Virus record (IMG/VR): IMGVR_UViG_3300030372_004077
Coordinates: 1 to 40,658 of that record
Length of the DNA: 40,658 nt
From: a virus
Taxonomy: Duplodnaviria > Caudoviricetes
Direction: 5' to 3' (one strand)
Position 1 is the stretch's first letter. Each line of letters opens with the position of its first letter. The translations under genes and the position numbers were made by a program. The notes under the pieces were generated by a model. The model saw only the letters and a list, made by a program, of their open reading frames with translations, was not told where the DNA came from and did not search any database. Shown in pieces: positions 10,679-19,785 of the stretch.

Positions 10679-12664
10679 TTAAGACTGCTCTCTTTGTGAA
10701 CCACCTTTTATATTTGCATGTACCCGAACCTCAGATATTTGCATTCTGTGAGGCTCGGCTGTCGGCATAGAGTAAAGATCTACGTAAGCAGCCCTACCTT
10801 CCTCGTCAGGGACATTCACCCTGGCGTATGCCTCAAAGTACTCGGAGTTCATAAGAGGCGCGTTACTGCCTGTAGGAGAGGCTCCAAGCTTCATTGTGTT
10901 TAACACTGAGTTTGTGTTCTCGCTAACTCCTTGTTGAGCATTAAGAATTGTATCAGTGAACTCAACATCTGTCTCAGAAACATCAAAGTGTTTAAGACCC
11001 TCTCCCTCAGAGCGAACAATTGTTTGAAGCTTTGTCGCAGTAGAGGAGTCCTCAACATTCTTTGAAAGCTGCTTTCTTCTAACAGCAACGTCAGTGCAAA
11101 TTATTCTGCCGTCAGAATCTACTCTACCTATTCTTCCCAAACTAATTGCTACAGGAAAATGAACAGGGGTGTCAGCGCCAGAACGGTCACCATCCGCAGC
11201 GTAAGTTGCAACCGACCTTAAGTCCTGCCTAGACACTCCAAACTCGTATATAGCGCCTAAGTCATTACCAACAAAAACTCTTTGCTTTCCGTTTTCAAAA
11301 TCTTCTGCCACAGCAGTCCAGTGAAACAGATTAAAAGTTGTGTTTGATTGGAACGGGGCTGACGGATTTGTCGGAAAAGAAGAGCCGGACAGTGCTGTAC
11401 CTGAAAAGGTTGGCTCTTCATCGCTTCCCCATATGGACCACTTGCCTTGACCAGACCCATCTATTAGGTCTGAGTAGTTGTAAACCCAAACCATGTTATT
11501 GACAGGCGAGTCGTTTGCAGGAAGGCAGACCATTACCTGCTGTCTGTTATGGTCGTTTACGCAACATACATTATGAAGAGCCCTTGTGTTTACATGAAAA
11601 GGATAAGCCCCTTTTTGTAGCTGTTGCTCAACATGCCTTGTTGTCTGAGGCTCTTCTCTTGAAAACCACAAAGCATCCATCTCAAAAGATACTTTTCTTA
11701 CTACGGTTCCGTCTGTAATGTAACAACCGTCTGTAGAAACAAAGAAAACATACCTATCAAAATAACATACTCCCCTTGTGCTTACTGCAGGGGTATCTCC
11801 TAGCCTGACTCTTCTAGGCTGTTGGGTTCCGAAGTTTTGTATTTTGTAAAGTCTTTTTGTGCCAAACACCAAAAGCTCAAAGTTAATTCCAGCAGTGCAT
11901 AGAATGTCTTCGTTATATATCCAGAACAATCCGCTTGGATCGTTAACGGGGTAGCTTCTCCACAGAGCAGGCTCTCCAGCTAAAACTATGCTTGGATTAA
12001 TATCAATTGCATCTCTTTGAAGGTTTAAAAGGTCTCTAGGAGGATTGTTTTTGTTTTTTAAAAACTCACTCGGTATAGACAAGGGACATGAAACATTATT
12101 TAAAAAACCAGAGATGACTATTTGATCATAAAAATATGTAAAAGATTTTGGCTTAAGGTTTCCTTCTACATAAGAAAACTGCAGAGGGGTCAACCCTTCT
12201 TCAAACTCCATGCTTTTTAAACTAAAATTGTTTGATGTTTTCTTTAACTCAAACAAAGAGCTAGTCCCATTGCAGAAATAAATAAAGTCGCCAGCGTTTA
12301 TAAAGTTAAAATAATTAACTCTGTCAAAAGGAGCAGTGCCAAAATCAGAAAGCGCGTTAACTGTAAACATTGTTGAGCCAACGCCATTGTAAACATAAAG
12401 AGTCATTTCATTGTTTATGCCGTTAGCATACACAACGATTACGCAAAAAGAGCCACCTATAGACTTTGCATATAAACCCATTACCTTGTTTGAAACATTA
12501 GTGCTTGCAAACAATTGGACACCTGGTCGCTCTCTCCAGAAACCCCTGTTAGATAAATCAACATTAAACAAAAGGTTGGGAGAGTCTTGAGGTTTAACCT
12601 CTCTGGTGTCCATTCCTTTTAAAGGTGTTTTGTATATTGCTATTGGAGGTGATGATGCTCGCAT
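10679..12664 (-). CDS. Tail nozzle / packaged-DNA stabilisation protein (P22 gp10/T7 gp12-like, 661 aa)
   Basis: N-terminal LKGMDTR...SPNLLFNVDL...RERPG pattern, beta-propeller-like repeats (VFFVSTDGCYITDG, VWVYNY...KWS), size and position after the adaptor. Confidence 0.75.
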   Translation of the reverse strand: MRASSPPIAIYKTPLKGMDTREVKPQDSPNLLFNVDLSNRGFWRERPGVQLFASTNVSNKVMGLYAKSIGGSFCVIVVYANGINNEMTLYVYNGVGSTMFTVNALSDFGTAPFDRVNYFNFINAGDFIYFCNGTSSLFELKKTSNNFSLKSMEFEEGLTPLQFSYVEGNLKPKSFTYFYDQIVISGFLNNVSCPLSIPSEFLKNKNNPPRDLLNLQRDAIDINPSIVLAGEPALWRSYPVNDPSGLFWIYNEDILCTAGINFELLVFGTKRLYKIQNFGTQQPRRVRLGDTPAVSTRGVCYFDRYVFFVSTDGCYITDGTVVRKVSFEMDALWFSREEPQTTRHVEQQLQKGAYPFHVNTRALHNVCCVNDHNRQQVMVCLPANDSPVNNMVWVYNYSDLIDGSGQGKWSIWGSDEEPTFSGTALSGSSFPTNPSAPFQSNTTFNLFHWTAVAEDFENGKQRVFVGNDLGAIYEFGVSRQDLRSVATYAADGDRSGADTPVHFPVAISLGRIGRVDSDGRIICTDVAVRRKQLSKNVEDSSTATKLQTIVRSEGEGLKHFDVSETDVEFTDTILNAQQGVSENTNSVLNTMKLGASPTGSNAPLMNSEYFEAYARVNVPDEEGRAAYVDLYSMPTAEPHRMQISEVRVHANIKGGSQREQS

Positions 12665-13441
12665 CTAGTACTCCCATCGCATCGAGTCTCTTTGTTGCGG
12701 CTGCTGCCTTTGTCTTTGTCGGCAACCCATCTTAAGATTTGAATCAAACTGGCCAATAATCTCTTGGTATAACGAGACCAGCTGTCCTGTCTCCTCACCT
12801 TTAGCGCTCTTTGCTTGTATTGCAGCCTTGTACACAATTGCAGGGTGGAACTGCGGCAGGAAGCCATTTAGAAGATCTTGGTCTTCATCGACCAAAGGAG
12901 CAAGCTCATCAGGAGTCCACCTTATCTGCATAAACACATCTTGCGTTGGTATTGGCCTGATACTAAGCTCCTTACCTAAGTAATACCCCTGATATGTAGA
13001 ATACTCTGATCCTCGACCCAAAGGAAAAGAACCTGGTAGGTCTATGTTTCCGTAAGGCGTGGAGAACCCAGTGGTAGAATTAACTGAAGACCCAGCAGAC
13101 GCAGAGTCCATATTGGTCCTTCTTAGCATCTGTATTGGTATAGGTATATTGCTAGCGCTAATATCCTCGTCTTTATTTAAAACACCAATGTACCAGATTG
13201 CCATAGGCAAACCACTTAACTTTGAGTTTAAGTCTATAGAAGAAGCGTTTGCGTCGTAAGTGAAACGATCAGCAAGCTGGAATATCTCCGGGCCGTAATT
13301 AACTACCCTGTGGTACATATCCAGGTTTGCATCCGTGAGTATGTCGAGCAAGTACTGTTCTGTCCAACCGCCGGAACCATCCACCTTTCCACGGCGTTGC
13401 AAATAACCATTGAGGCGGCGAACAGCTTCCTTTACTTTCAT
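12665..13441 (-). CDS. Head-to-tail adaptor (258 aa)
   Basis: N-terminal helices (WTEQYLLDILTDA), LSIRPIP and LPQFHPAIVYKAA motifs typical of podovirus adaptors; synteny. Confidence 0.75.
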   Translation of the reverse strand: MKVKEAVRRLNGYLQRRGKVDGSGGWTEQYLLDILTDANLDMYHRVVNYGPEIFQLADRFTYDANASSIDLNSKLSGLPMAIWYIGVLNKDEDISASNIPIPIQMLRRTNMDSASAGSSVNSTTGFSTPYGNIDLPGSFPLGRGSEYSTYQGYYLGKELSIRPIPTQDVFMQIRWTPDELAPLVDEDQDLLNGFLPQFHPAIVYKAAIQAKSAKGEETGQLVSLYQEIIGQFDSNLKMGCRQRQRQQPQQRDSMRWEY

Positions 13442-14043
13442 GGCAATATAATCCCAGATGCAGTTTTGTTTCTATCAAAGACAGCACCAAAGTGCTTGCC
13501 ACCATGGTTCGGACCCTTTCCATCAGCGCCCAGGGTAAAGTTCATGTCCTCACCCATGGCCCGTTTCCAAATCCAGAACATGTCATCAACGCGCCCTTGA
13601 GCTTCATTGATAGCATCTTTCATCTTCATGTCGTTAGCTTTTTCTTTCTCTCGTTCCATTCTTTCTAGCGCAGCATGTCGCCCTTCTCGCCAGTCTAAAA
13701 CAAGCATTCTTAAGCCATCTAAATGGATATCGTTTGGAGTTTCATAAACTCCAGCCTGTCCAATCTTTTCAATGGTCATAATTGTAAAGATTGGTTTTTC
13801 ACCACGATACATGGGTGTGTTTGGCTTTTGTCCAAACACAATCCATTTGTTTATCGGAGATCCATCAAAGTTCTTTTCAATAAATCTAAGATAAAACTCT
13901 TCATCAGGAAGTAGGCCATCAAGAAGATTGGCCCTCCGCTCCCACTCTTGGTGAGGAGCAGAGGTTCCGTTCCTGACTATGTTACGAAAATAATCCATTT
14001 CCTCTCGGATAAGATCATTCCTGTTTTCTAACATAGGCAACAT
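13438..14043 (-). CDS. Hypothetical protein in head-tail module (201 aa)
   Basis: Tightly packed ORF with a 4-nt overlap with the adaptor gene; no recognised motif. Confidence 0.75.
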   Translation of the reverse strand: MLPMLENRNDLIREEMDYFRNIVRNGTSAPHQEWERRANLLDGLLPDEEFYLRFIEKNFDGSPINKWIVFGQKPNTPMYRGEKPIFTIMTIEKIGQAGVYETPNDIHLDGLRMLVLDWREGRHAALERMEREKEKANDMKMKDAINEAQGRVDDMFWIWKRAMGEDMNFTLGADGKGPNHGGKHFGAVFDRNKTASGIILP

Positions 14044-14046
14044 AAA

Positions 14047-14556
14047 TTAAACTCCAAGAGCGCTTTCGTTTGGACCACCACCAACGGCTTCCATTTCAAG
14101 CATTACAAAAATATCTCCATCTGCTCCTGCTCCTTTTGCATGAAGTCGAAGTCGAGGAAAATCGCTTGAAGTAAAAACGTAGTCAAAAAGAGCACCCGCT
14201 GCACCAGCAGCACCCTTAGTGGGTGTAAAGACTTGCTCTACACCAACCGCTGTCAACGCTTCAGTAAGTTCAATTTCAATTACACCATCTACATCACTAG
14301 CTGGTCCAATTTGAATTTTTGCTGTGTTGCCTGCTGCAAGGTCTTGCGTAGCAATAGTAATCACACGCTTAACTTTAAACTGACCACCATTGGGCAAAAG
14401 AAACTTAGCTACACTGTCTGCCAATGTTCCTCCACTCCCAATGACAATGTGAGCAGGTGTAAAAAGGTTTGCTGTTGGTGGAGCACCTCCATTGAGATCT
14501 GTCCCAACAACCAGACGCGATCCATAGCGCCATACTCTTAAATTATCGTTAGCCAT
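14047..14556 (-). CDS. Putative capsid decoration/cement protein (169 aa)
   Basis: Small A/G/T/V-rich beta-sandwich-like protein, AGGAG RBS, downstream of the major capsid gene. Confidence 0.55.
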   Translation of the reverse strand: MANDNLRVWRYGSRLVVGTDLNGGAPPTANLFTPAHIVIGSGGTLADSVAKFLLPNGGQFKVKRVITIATQDLAAGNTAKIQIGPASDVDGVIEIELTEALTAVGVEQVFTPTKGAAGAAGALFDYVFTSSDFPRLRLHAKGAGADGDIFVMLEMEAVGGGPNESALGV

Positions 14557-14567
14557 TTTTATTCTCC

Positions 14568-15062
14568 TTAAAATTTATATTCTACGTTTGGCGCAAGCTT
14601 TGCGTAAAAAACAACTTTTGGCCCATCAGTAACATTACCTTTTGGGGCAACAACCATTAACTCTCCAGAAACAATCTGAGGAACTCCATCTTGGTCAACA
14701 CTTGTTGGTGTTCCAGTTGTGCTTATTGCTTGAAACTCAAAAGTAACACTACCGGGGCTGCTTGTACTAATTGTTGTTTTTGCAGGAGCGCCTGCCGCTG
14801 GAGGCAGATCGCCAGAAAGAACGAGCGAATTTGTAGCTCCCTCAATTCCAACATCAACAAAATCAGTGTCCCTAGCAGCATTTGTTCCGGCTGTAATTAT
14901 CGTGTATCCAATCTCTAGAACTCGATAGTTTTTACCAGCAACAGCAGTGCTTGGCTCAAAGTAAACAGCAGTTGTTCCCATGCTTGTTGTATCAACTAAT
15001 GGAGTGCTTATAAGAACTTCTCCAAGTTGATTAGACACATTATGTGCTTTTTGAAAACTCAT
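14568..15062 (-). CDS. Putative capsid decoration/cement protein (164 aa)
   Basis: Immediately after the MCP; beta-rich; AAGGAG RBS; similar layout to 14047-14556 (VDVGIEG vs IQIGPAS). Confidence 0.55.
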   Translation of the reverse strand: MSFQKAHNVSNQLGEVLISTPLVDTTSMGTTAVYFEPSTAVAGKNYRVLEIGYTIITAGTNAARDTDFVDVGIEGATNSLVLSGDLPPAAGAPAKTTISTSSPGSVTFEFQAISTTGTPTSVDQDGVPQIVSGELMVVAPKGNVTDGPKVVFYAKLAPNVEYKF

Positions 15063-15073
15063 ATTTTCTCCTT

Positions 15074-15099
15074 AAAAGGAGGGGGGCCAAAAGCCCCCC
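15074..15099 (-). terminator. Intrinsic terminator after the major capsid gene
   Basis: Minus strand GGGGGGC-TTTTG-GCCCCCC followed by TCCTTTT, 6 nt after the MCP stop. Confidence 0.75.
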
Positions 15100-15105
15100 A
15101 ACTCA

Positions 15106-16473
15106 TTAAGTTGCGATTAGACCAGTTGGGACTCGAATGTCCTCTTCCCGTCCTTGGCAACGTGGGTTTTCACAAACAAGTTCAAACTCATTGTACGCAT
15201 ATGCTTGGAAAGCAAACGTACCCGGAATCTGCTTGAAGATAGATCCAGTTGAGGTATCCCAACCGTAATCACCAAGCTTGACTCGCTTCATAGCAGAACG
15301 ATCCATAATGGTGTAGCTGTTCAATGGAGCAGACCGTGCGGTCTCCCATGGAATCTGACGTGCACCATACTGGTATGCAATCGTGCTATGACCTTTAAGA
15401 GCTTTAAGGTCTGTCTGCATGTATACAGGGTCAATCTCTTGCAGGTATACCTGAAGCAAAGAGTTGTGTGAGAAGATAACAGGATCCATCTCATCAACAT
15501 CCTTAGGCCCAAGGTCTCCCATACGCATCAACAGGCTCGTGATTCGCCAGTGGTTAAAGTCACGAAGATTATTGTTATTGTCAATAATGAATGACTGCCA
15601 AGGTGAAGCTGTAGATCGATCAATCCCATGGTAAACACCAGTGTTATTAATTGCATCAGCAAGACCTGTAATACAGTTACCCCATTCGTTGCCGTTTGCA
15701 TCACCCTCAACAACAAAGTCATTATCAGCAACATTAACAGCAGGGCTAACAGTAATTGTCTGTGCAGCTTGATCGACAGAGGTAACAGTGCATGTATCAG
15801 CAGTATTAGCTTCAAGTTGAGCGGCCGTACCAATAGCAAGCTGCATTCCGGGACGCATGTAACGAGCACCCGCATAAGTGCTCATGTATGCCTTTGTTTT
15901 AAATGCAGCAGCAGGGTCACACTCACGCTGTTGAAGCGTAATGGTTGTTCCAGCAACAGCACCATTTACAAGAGCAAGAACACCAGAGTTTGCATTGCTT
16001 GTCCCTGCAACAGTGCTACCAACAGCACCACCAGCAGTACCACCCCAGTACTTAGGTCCGATACGATTACGGTGAGAGTTTTTCGCATCGGAAACCAACT
16101 CGTCCATAATCTGCCGGTACATACCTGGCTTCTCATGAGCGCGAATTAGCTTAGGTCCGGTGATCTCCACAATGTCCATGTGGGGGAACAACCGAACAGC
16201 AGCCTCATCGTATGACGGTGGGTTGTACACGGGAAGCACAGGTGCTGCCGCTCCAGGTCCACCAGAAACAAATCGGCTACCGCTACCACCTGCTGTTTTG
16301 TACAGATAGTATTGAGAGTCTCCACCATTCCAATCTTCTTGATTAACAGAATCAATCCACTTTTCAACATCATCAACTGTGTCAAGAAGTTTAATAATTA
16401 CATCAGCGTAAGTGTACTGAAACAGTTCACTAAACGCTCCAAACGAACTTTGGGCTGACTTTGGAAGTGCCAT
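15106..16473 (-). CDS. Major capsid protein (HK97 fold, with a central insertion domain; 455 aa)
   Basis: Follows portal and scaffold; ITGLADAI...YHGIDRS..PWQ motif and C-terminal ELVCENPRCQGR typical of MCPs; AGGAG RBS; terminator downstream. Confidence 0.88.
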   Translation of the reverse strand: MALPKSAQSSFGAFSELFQYTYADVIIKLLDTVDDVEKWIDSVNQEDWNGGDSQYYLYKTAGGSGSRFVSGGPGAAAPVLPVYNPPSYDEAAVRLFPHMDIVEITGPKLIRAHEKPGMYRQIMDELVSDAKNSHRNRIGPKYWGGTAGGAVGSTVAGTSNANSGVLALVNGAVAGTTITLQQRECDPAAAFKTKAYMSTYAGARYMRPGMQLAIGTAAQLEANTADTCTVTSVDQAAQTITVSPAVNVADNDFVVEGDANGNEWGNCITGLADAINNTGVYHGIDRSTASPWQSFIIDNNNNLRDFNHWRITSLLMRMGDLGPKDVDEMDPVIFSHNSLLQVYLQEIDPVYMQTDLKALKGHSTIAYQYGARQIPWETARSAPLNSYTIMDRSAMKRVKLGDYGWDTSTGSIFKQIPGTFAFQAYAYNEFELVCENPRCQGREEDIRVPTGLIAT

Positions 16474-16485
16474 TTTATTCTCCTA

Positions 16486-17184
16486 TTAATTTGCTCGCTT
16501 TTGGCGTTGCAATAAATCTTCGAGAAGATCTCCAGCTTCCTTCGCATTTTCAGGAGCTTTGGGGAGTTCTTCAAAACCAGCAGAAGCAAACATATCTGGG
16601 ACCATAGCTTTTCTCTCAGCCTGCTCCCGACGCTTCTTGTTTTCTTCTGCAATCTTTGATTCCATTTTGTTAAACTTGCCGACCCTGTCTTTAGCAATCT
16701 GTAAAGCAATCTCTTTAACATCGCCTACAGGCTGGTTAACAGCTTGTCGTCGTTTAACTTCATCAGCAGCATCAAGCATAATCAATCGCTCAAAGTCCAT
16801 AATCTTAGCTGACTCTGGATGTTTTTCTTTAAACGCAGTTAACGCACGATCTACCTCTCGACCAGCAGTTTGCTGCAAAGCATCGGTTGCATATTTTTCT
16901 ACCATCTGGAGACGAGGCTCAAGACGCTCAGCCACAAGCTTTTCAATAACTTGATTAACATTGCCTGTGTCTACATCAGAGTAATCATAAGAAGACTCTT
17001 TAGGTTCTTGAGCCTGGCTAGACGCCGACTCATATTGGCCCCTGTAGTAAGCTTCGTTCTGCTTAGCCTCTTCCATAGCTTTATAAGCCTGGCTATAATA
17101 GTTTTGTAGCTTTTGGTTTTCCTGATTAGTTTCATTTAACCTAGCTTCTAATTCTGCAATCCGTTCTTCAGCACTTTTACTCAT
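16486..17184 (-). CDS. Capsid scaffolding protein (232 aa)
   Basis: Acidic coiled-coil composition; lies between portal and MCP. Confidence 0.75.
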   Translation of the reverse strand: MSKSAEERIAELEARLNETNQENQKLQNYYSQAYKAMEEAKQNEAYYRGQYESASSQAQEPKESSYDYSDVDTGNVNQVIEKLVAERLEPRLQMVEKYATDALQQTAGREVDRALTAFKEKHPESAKIMDFERLIMLDAADEVKRRQAVNQPVGDVKEIALQIAKDRVGKFNKMESKIAEENKKRREQAERKAMVPDMFASAGFEELPKAPENAKEAGDLLEDLLQRQKRAN

Positions 17185-17208
17185 CGTTTACCCTTTAAGT
17201 TATGGCAG

Positions 17209-19290
17209 TTACCCTTGACCACCTAGTTCACCTACAAACCCGTTAGCAACAGCAGGAACTTGCGCTGCGCCACGGCCCTCTTGACCTGCACCCTGAAGCA
17301 GTTCTAAAGGATTTTGACCCTGCTGCTGAGCACCTTGTCCACCGCCCATATCAACAGGCGCTTGGTTAGGAGCAATAGCAGCTTGATGTTTTTGAAGCAA
17401 TGCTTCCAACTTCATTTGTTGGTCTAAGTTATAATCTAAAAAGAACTTAGGGTCACGCATTGCTGTCAATAAAATATCAATATGTTTTTGATGATTCATC
17501 CAAGGCTTAAAGAAAGGCTCTTGGCCCTGCTGGATTCTCATTACGTTTATTTCGGCCACAGCTTTATCGCCAGGCTCTTCAACATCTCTTAACTTATAAG
17601 CAACAGGAGCGCCCAACAAAAGCTCTACAACAGCGTTTGTTTTGGGGTTATCATCCTGGAGCATTCCGTTTGCAGCCAACTGCATAATAGATGTTCTTAT
17701 TTGATTTGGATAAGAAACTGCCGCTGAACCAGGGACAATCCTAATGTCAACTAAGTTAAACGGAGTGCCGTCAAACTCATAAACAGAAGGCTGTTGGTCT
17801 TGACCAAGTAGTGAAAACTTATAACCAATAGGCAAGTATTCTTGGCATAGCATAATAAGATGGGTCGCCTGGTGAGCTTGAGCTGCTTCAATTTCCTGAA
17901 CAGTCGGTGCCATTGCAACTTGATTCTCTTCGAGGAGGCGATCAAGATAAGCTGCGCTGTCACCGCGAGACGGAACAGAACCACCAACAGGAGAAGCCGT
18001 AAGGCTCAACGCCTCCAAATCAGCCATTGCATCCTGTCGCATTTGGTACAGGTGCTGCGGTATTTGAGGGGGAACCATGAAGGTTGGCTTCTCTTCACCA
18101 TAAGGAATGTACTCGTAAATCTCACCAGCACGACCCTGAAAATTTGTGTCGTTAGAGCCCTGTGGCTTTAGCATGGGTGGGTCAGCAGTTCTTTCTGCAG
18201 CCCTAATCTCAATGTGCTCTACAAGGTCTAATCTCTTTTGGGCTTGTCGCAAAACATCAACGACACAAAGTCCCCATCCTCTGTCTGTAAACTGACGGTC
18301 TCTAAATGTAGAGTGAGGGTAGTCGTTATAGGGCAATCCATCTACGATCTTTATAATTTGATCACCAGTATAGATACACCTAAAACCTTTTCTATAATCA
18401 ATTCCATACTTTGTCGAAACAACAGGGGAATGATAAAAGTCATAAACTTCAATCATTTGACTAGATGAGTACCCATAGTCATCTCTAAGACCAAAAACAG
18501 AATCAACTTCTCTAAACAAAAACCCATCTTCAGGGTCAGTAATTTTCTGGACCTTATCTAAGTCAAGGTCTGGAAAATATATCTCAGCCAAGTCAACCGG
18601 AATCATCTTTCTTTCAGCGTAGTTCATACACTGACTTACTGTAAGATGTCTCCACTGCGGGTCAGGAAAGAAGTTAAACGGGTGAACAGACCTAAGCCTT
18701 GGGAGTCCTGTCTGGTAACTGGCTGTGTTTAATTCTTTAACTGTCTGGAACGGAGCGTCAACCAAAACAGGCTGATCGTCTTCATCTAAAGCCGGGACAC
18801 TGACCTCTGAATATGATGGTTCATCATTTACATACTGAATGTCTTCAACCCATTCTCCTGAATGAGGATCCCACTGCGTAGCAAAGATGCCGTTACCAAA
18901 CACCATCATGTTCATCATCGCAGCATGCCTGGAATAAATGCTCTCTCTTTTTTCAGCAAAGTGAAGAATCAAAGAGTTTGCCACAGAAGCTCTTTTTCTA
19001 GCATCTCTGCTGTTAGAGCCTGGAACACATTCGGCCATCATTCGGGGAGAAGTTAACTTTGCATGGTACTTTCTAAGTTTATCTTGAACTTGAGGGTTGC
19101 TGCTCTCTCCACCACCAGGACCAAAAGAGCTTGGACGCTGTGTCATTGGATTAAACTCAATGTTTGTAAACCCAGCAGCAAATGCAGCGTTTTCATACCA
19201 CCTGTACTCAAGCGGCTTTCTTGCATCTTTGTTTCTTGCTACACACTTCTTAACGTAATCAAGAACATTGTATTTTTCGTTTGCCGCCAT
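17209..19290 (-). CDS. Portal protein (693 aa)
   Basis: RSVHPFNFFPDP, GWGLCVVDVLRQAQKRLD and ADPPMLKPQG motifs typical of P22-like portals; Gln/Gly-rich C-tail; synteny. Confidence 0.88.
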   Translation of the reverse strand: MAANEKYNVLDYVKKCVARNKDARKPLEYRWYENAAFAAGFTNIEFNPMTQRPSSFGPGGGESSNPQVQDKLRKYHAKLTSPRMMAECVPGSNSRDARKRASVANSLILHFAEKRESIYSRHAAMMNMMVFGNGIFATQWDPHSGEWVEDIQYVNDEPSYSEVSVPALDEDDQPVLVDAPFQTVKELNTASYQTGLPRLRSVHPFNFFPDPQWRHLTVSQCMNYAERKMIPVDLAEIYFPDLDLDKVQKITDPEDGFLFREVDSVFGLRDDYGYSSSQMIEVYDFYHSPVVSTKYGIDYRKGFRCIYTGDQIIKIVDGLPYNDYPHSTFRDRQFTDRGWGLCVVDVLRQAQKRLDLVEHIEIRAAERTADPPMLKPQGSNDTNFQGRAGEIYEYIPYGEEKPTFMVPPQIPQHLYQMRQDAMADLEALSLTASPVGGSVPSRGDSAAYLDRLLEENQVAMAPTVQEIEAAQAHQATHLIMLCQEYLPIGYKFSLLGQDQQPSVYEFDGTPFNLVDIRIVPGSAAVSYPNQIRTSIMQLAANGMLQDDNPKTNAVVELLLGAPVAYKLRDVEEPGDKAVAEINVMRIQQGQEPFFKPWMNHQKHIDILLTAMRDPKFFLDYNLDQQMKLEALLQKHQAAIAPNQAPVDMGGGQGAQQQGQNPLELLQGAGQEGRGAAQVPAVANGFVGELGGQG

Positions 19291-19784
19291 TATACCATTC
19301 CATACGGGCCTTGAACGCCATACATACCAACCATACTTGGCTGTGAATACCTATTCGCATATCTATCTAAACGCGGCCTGGGGGGAGGGGGCGGCGCTTG
19401 ATACACAGGCTCCTTTTCTTCTTCAAAAAACGAATCGACAACCCCGCCCACCAAGCCACCAGCAAGTCCACCTATGATTGTTCCAGCACCTGGAAGCAAG
19501 TATGAGCCGAGAGCAGCGCCTCCAGCAGAACCTACTGCCTCACCAGCACCACCCGTTGCGCTTTCTTTTTTAGGCTCTTCCTCTTCTTTCATATGCTCAA
19601 TAAAAGAATCTTTTGCCATTTGGCCAGCGCCTTTAGAAACACCTTGAAGGCCAAGCCTTGCTAGCTTTGACCCAAAAGAAGGTTCCTTTTGCTCATAGCC
19701 AATCATTTGCCTTGGCTGAAAAAGACGCCCTCTTGACGGCGGCATAAAAGGACTTTGTGGGTACATTGGGTTGTATCCGTACAT
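19290..19784 (-). CDS. Glycine-zipper protein (164 aa from ATG 19784)
   Basis: ATG directly after the upstream stop at 19786-19788; segment GGAGEAVGSAGGAALGSYLLPGAGTIIGGLAGGLVGGVV has repeated GxxxG. Confidence 0.7.
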   Translation of the reverse strand: MYGYNPMYPQSPFMPPSRGRLFQPRQMIGYEQKEPSFGSKLARLGLQGVSKGAGQMAKDSFIEHMKEEEEPKKESATGGAGEAVGSAGGAALGSYLLPGAGTIIGGLAGGLVGGVVDSFFEEEKEPVYQAPPPPPRPRLDRYANRYSQPSMVGMYGVQGPYGMV

Positions 19785-19785
19785 C

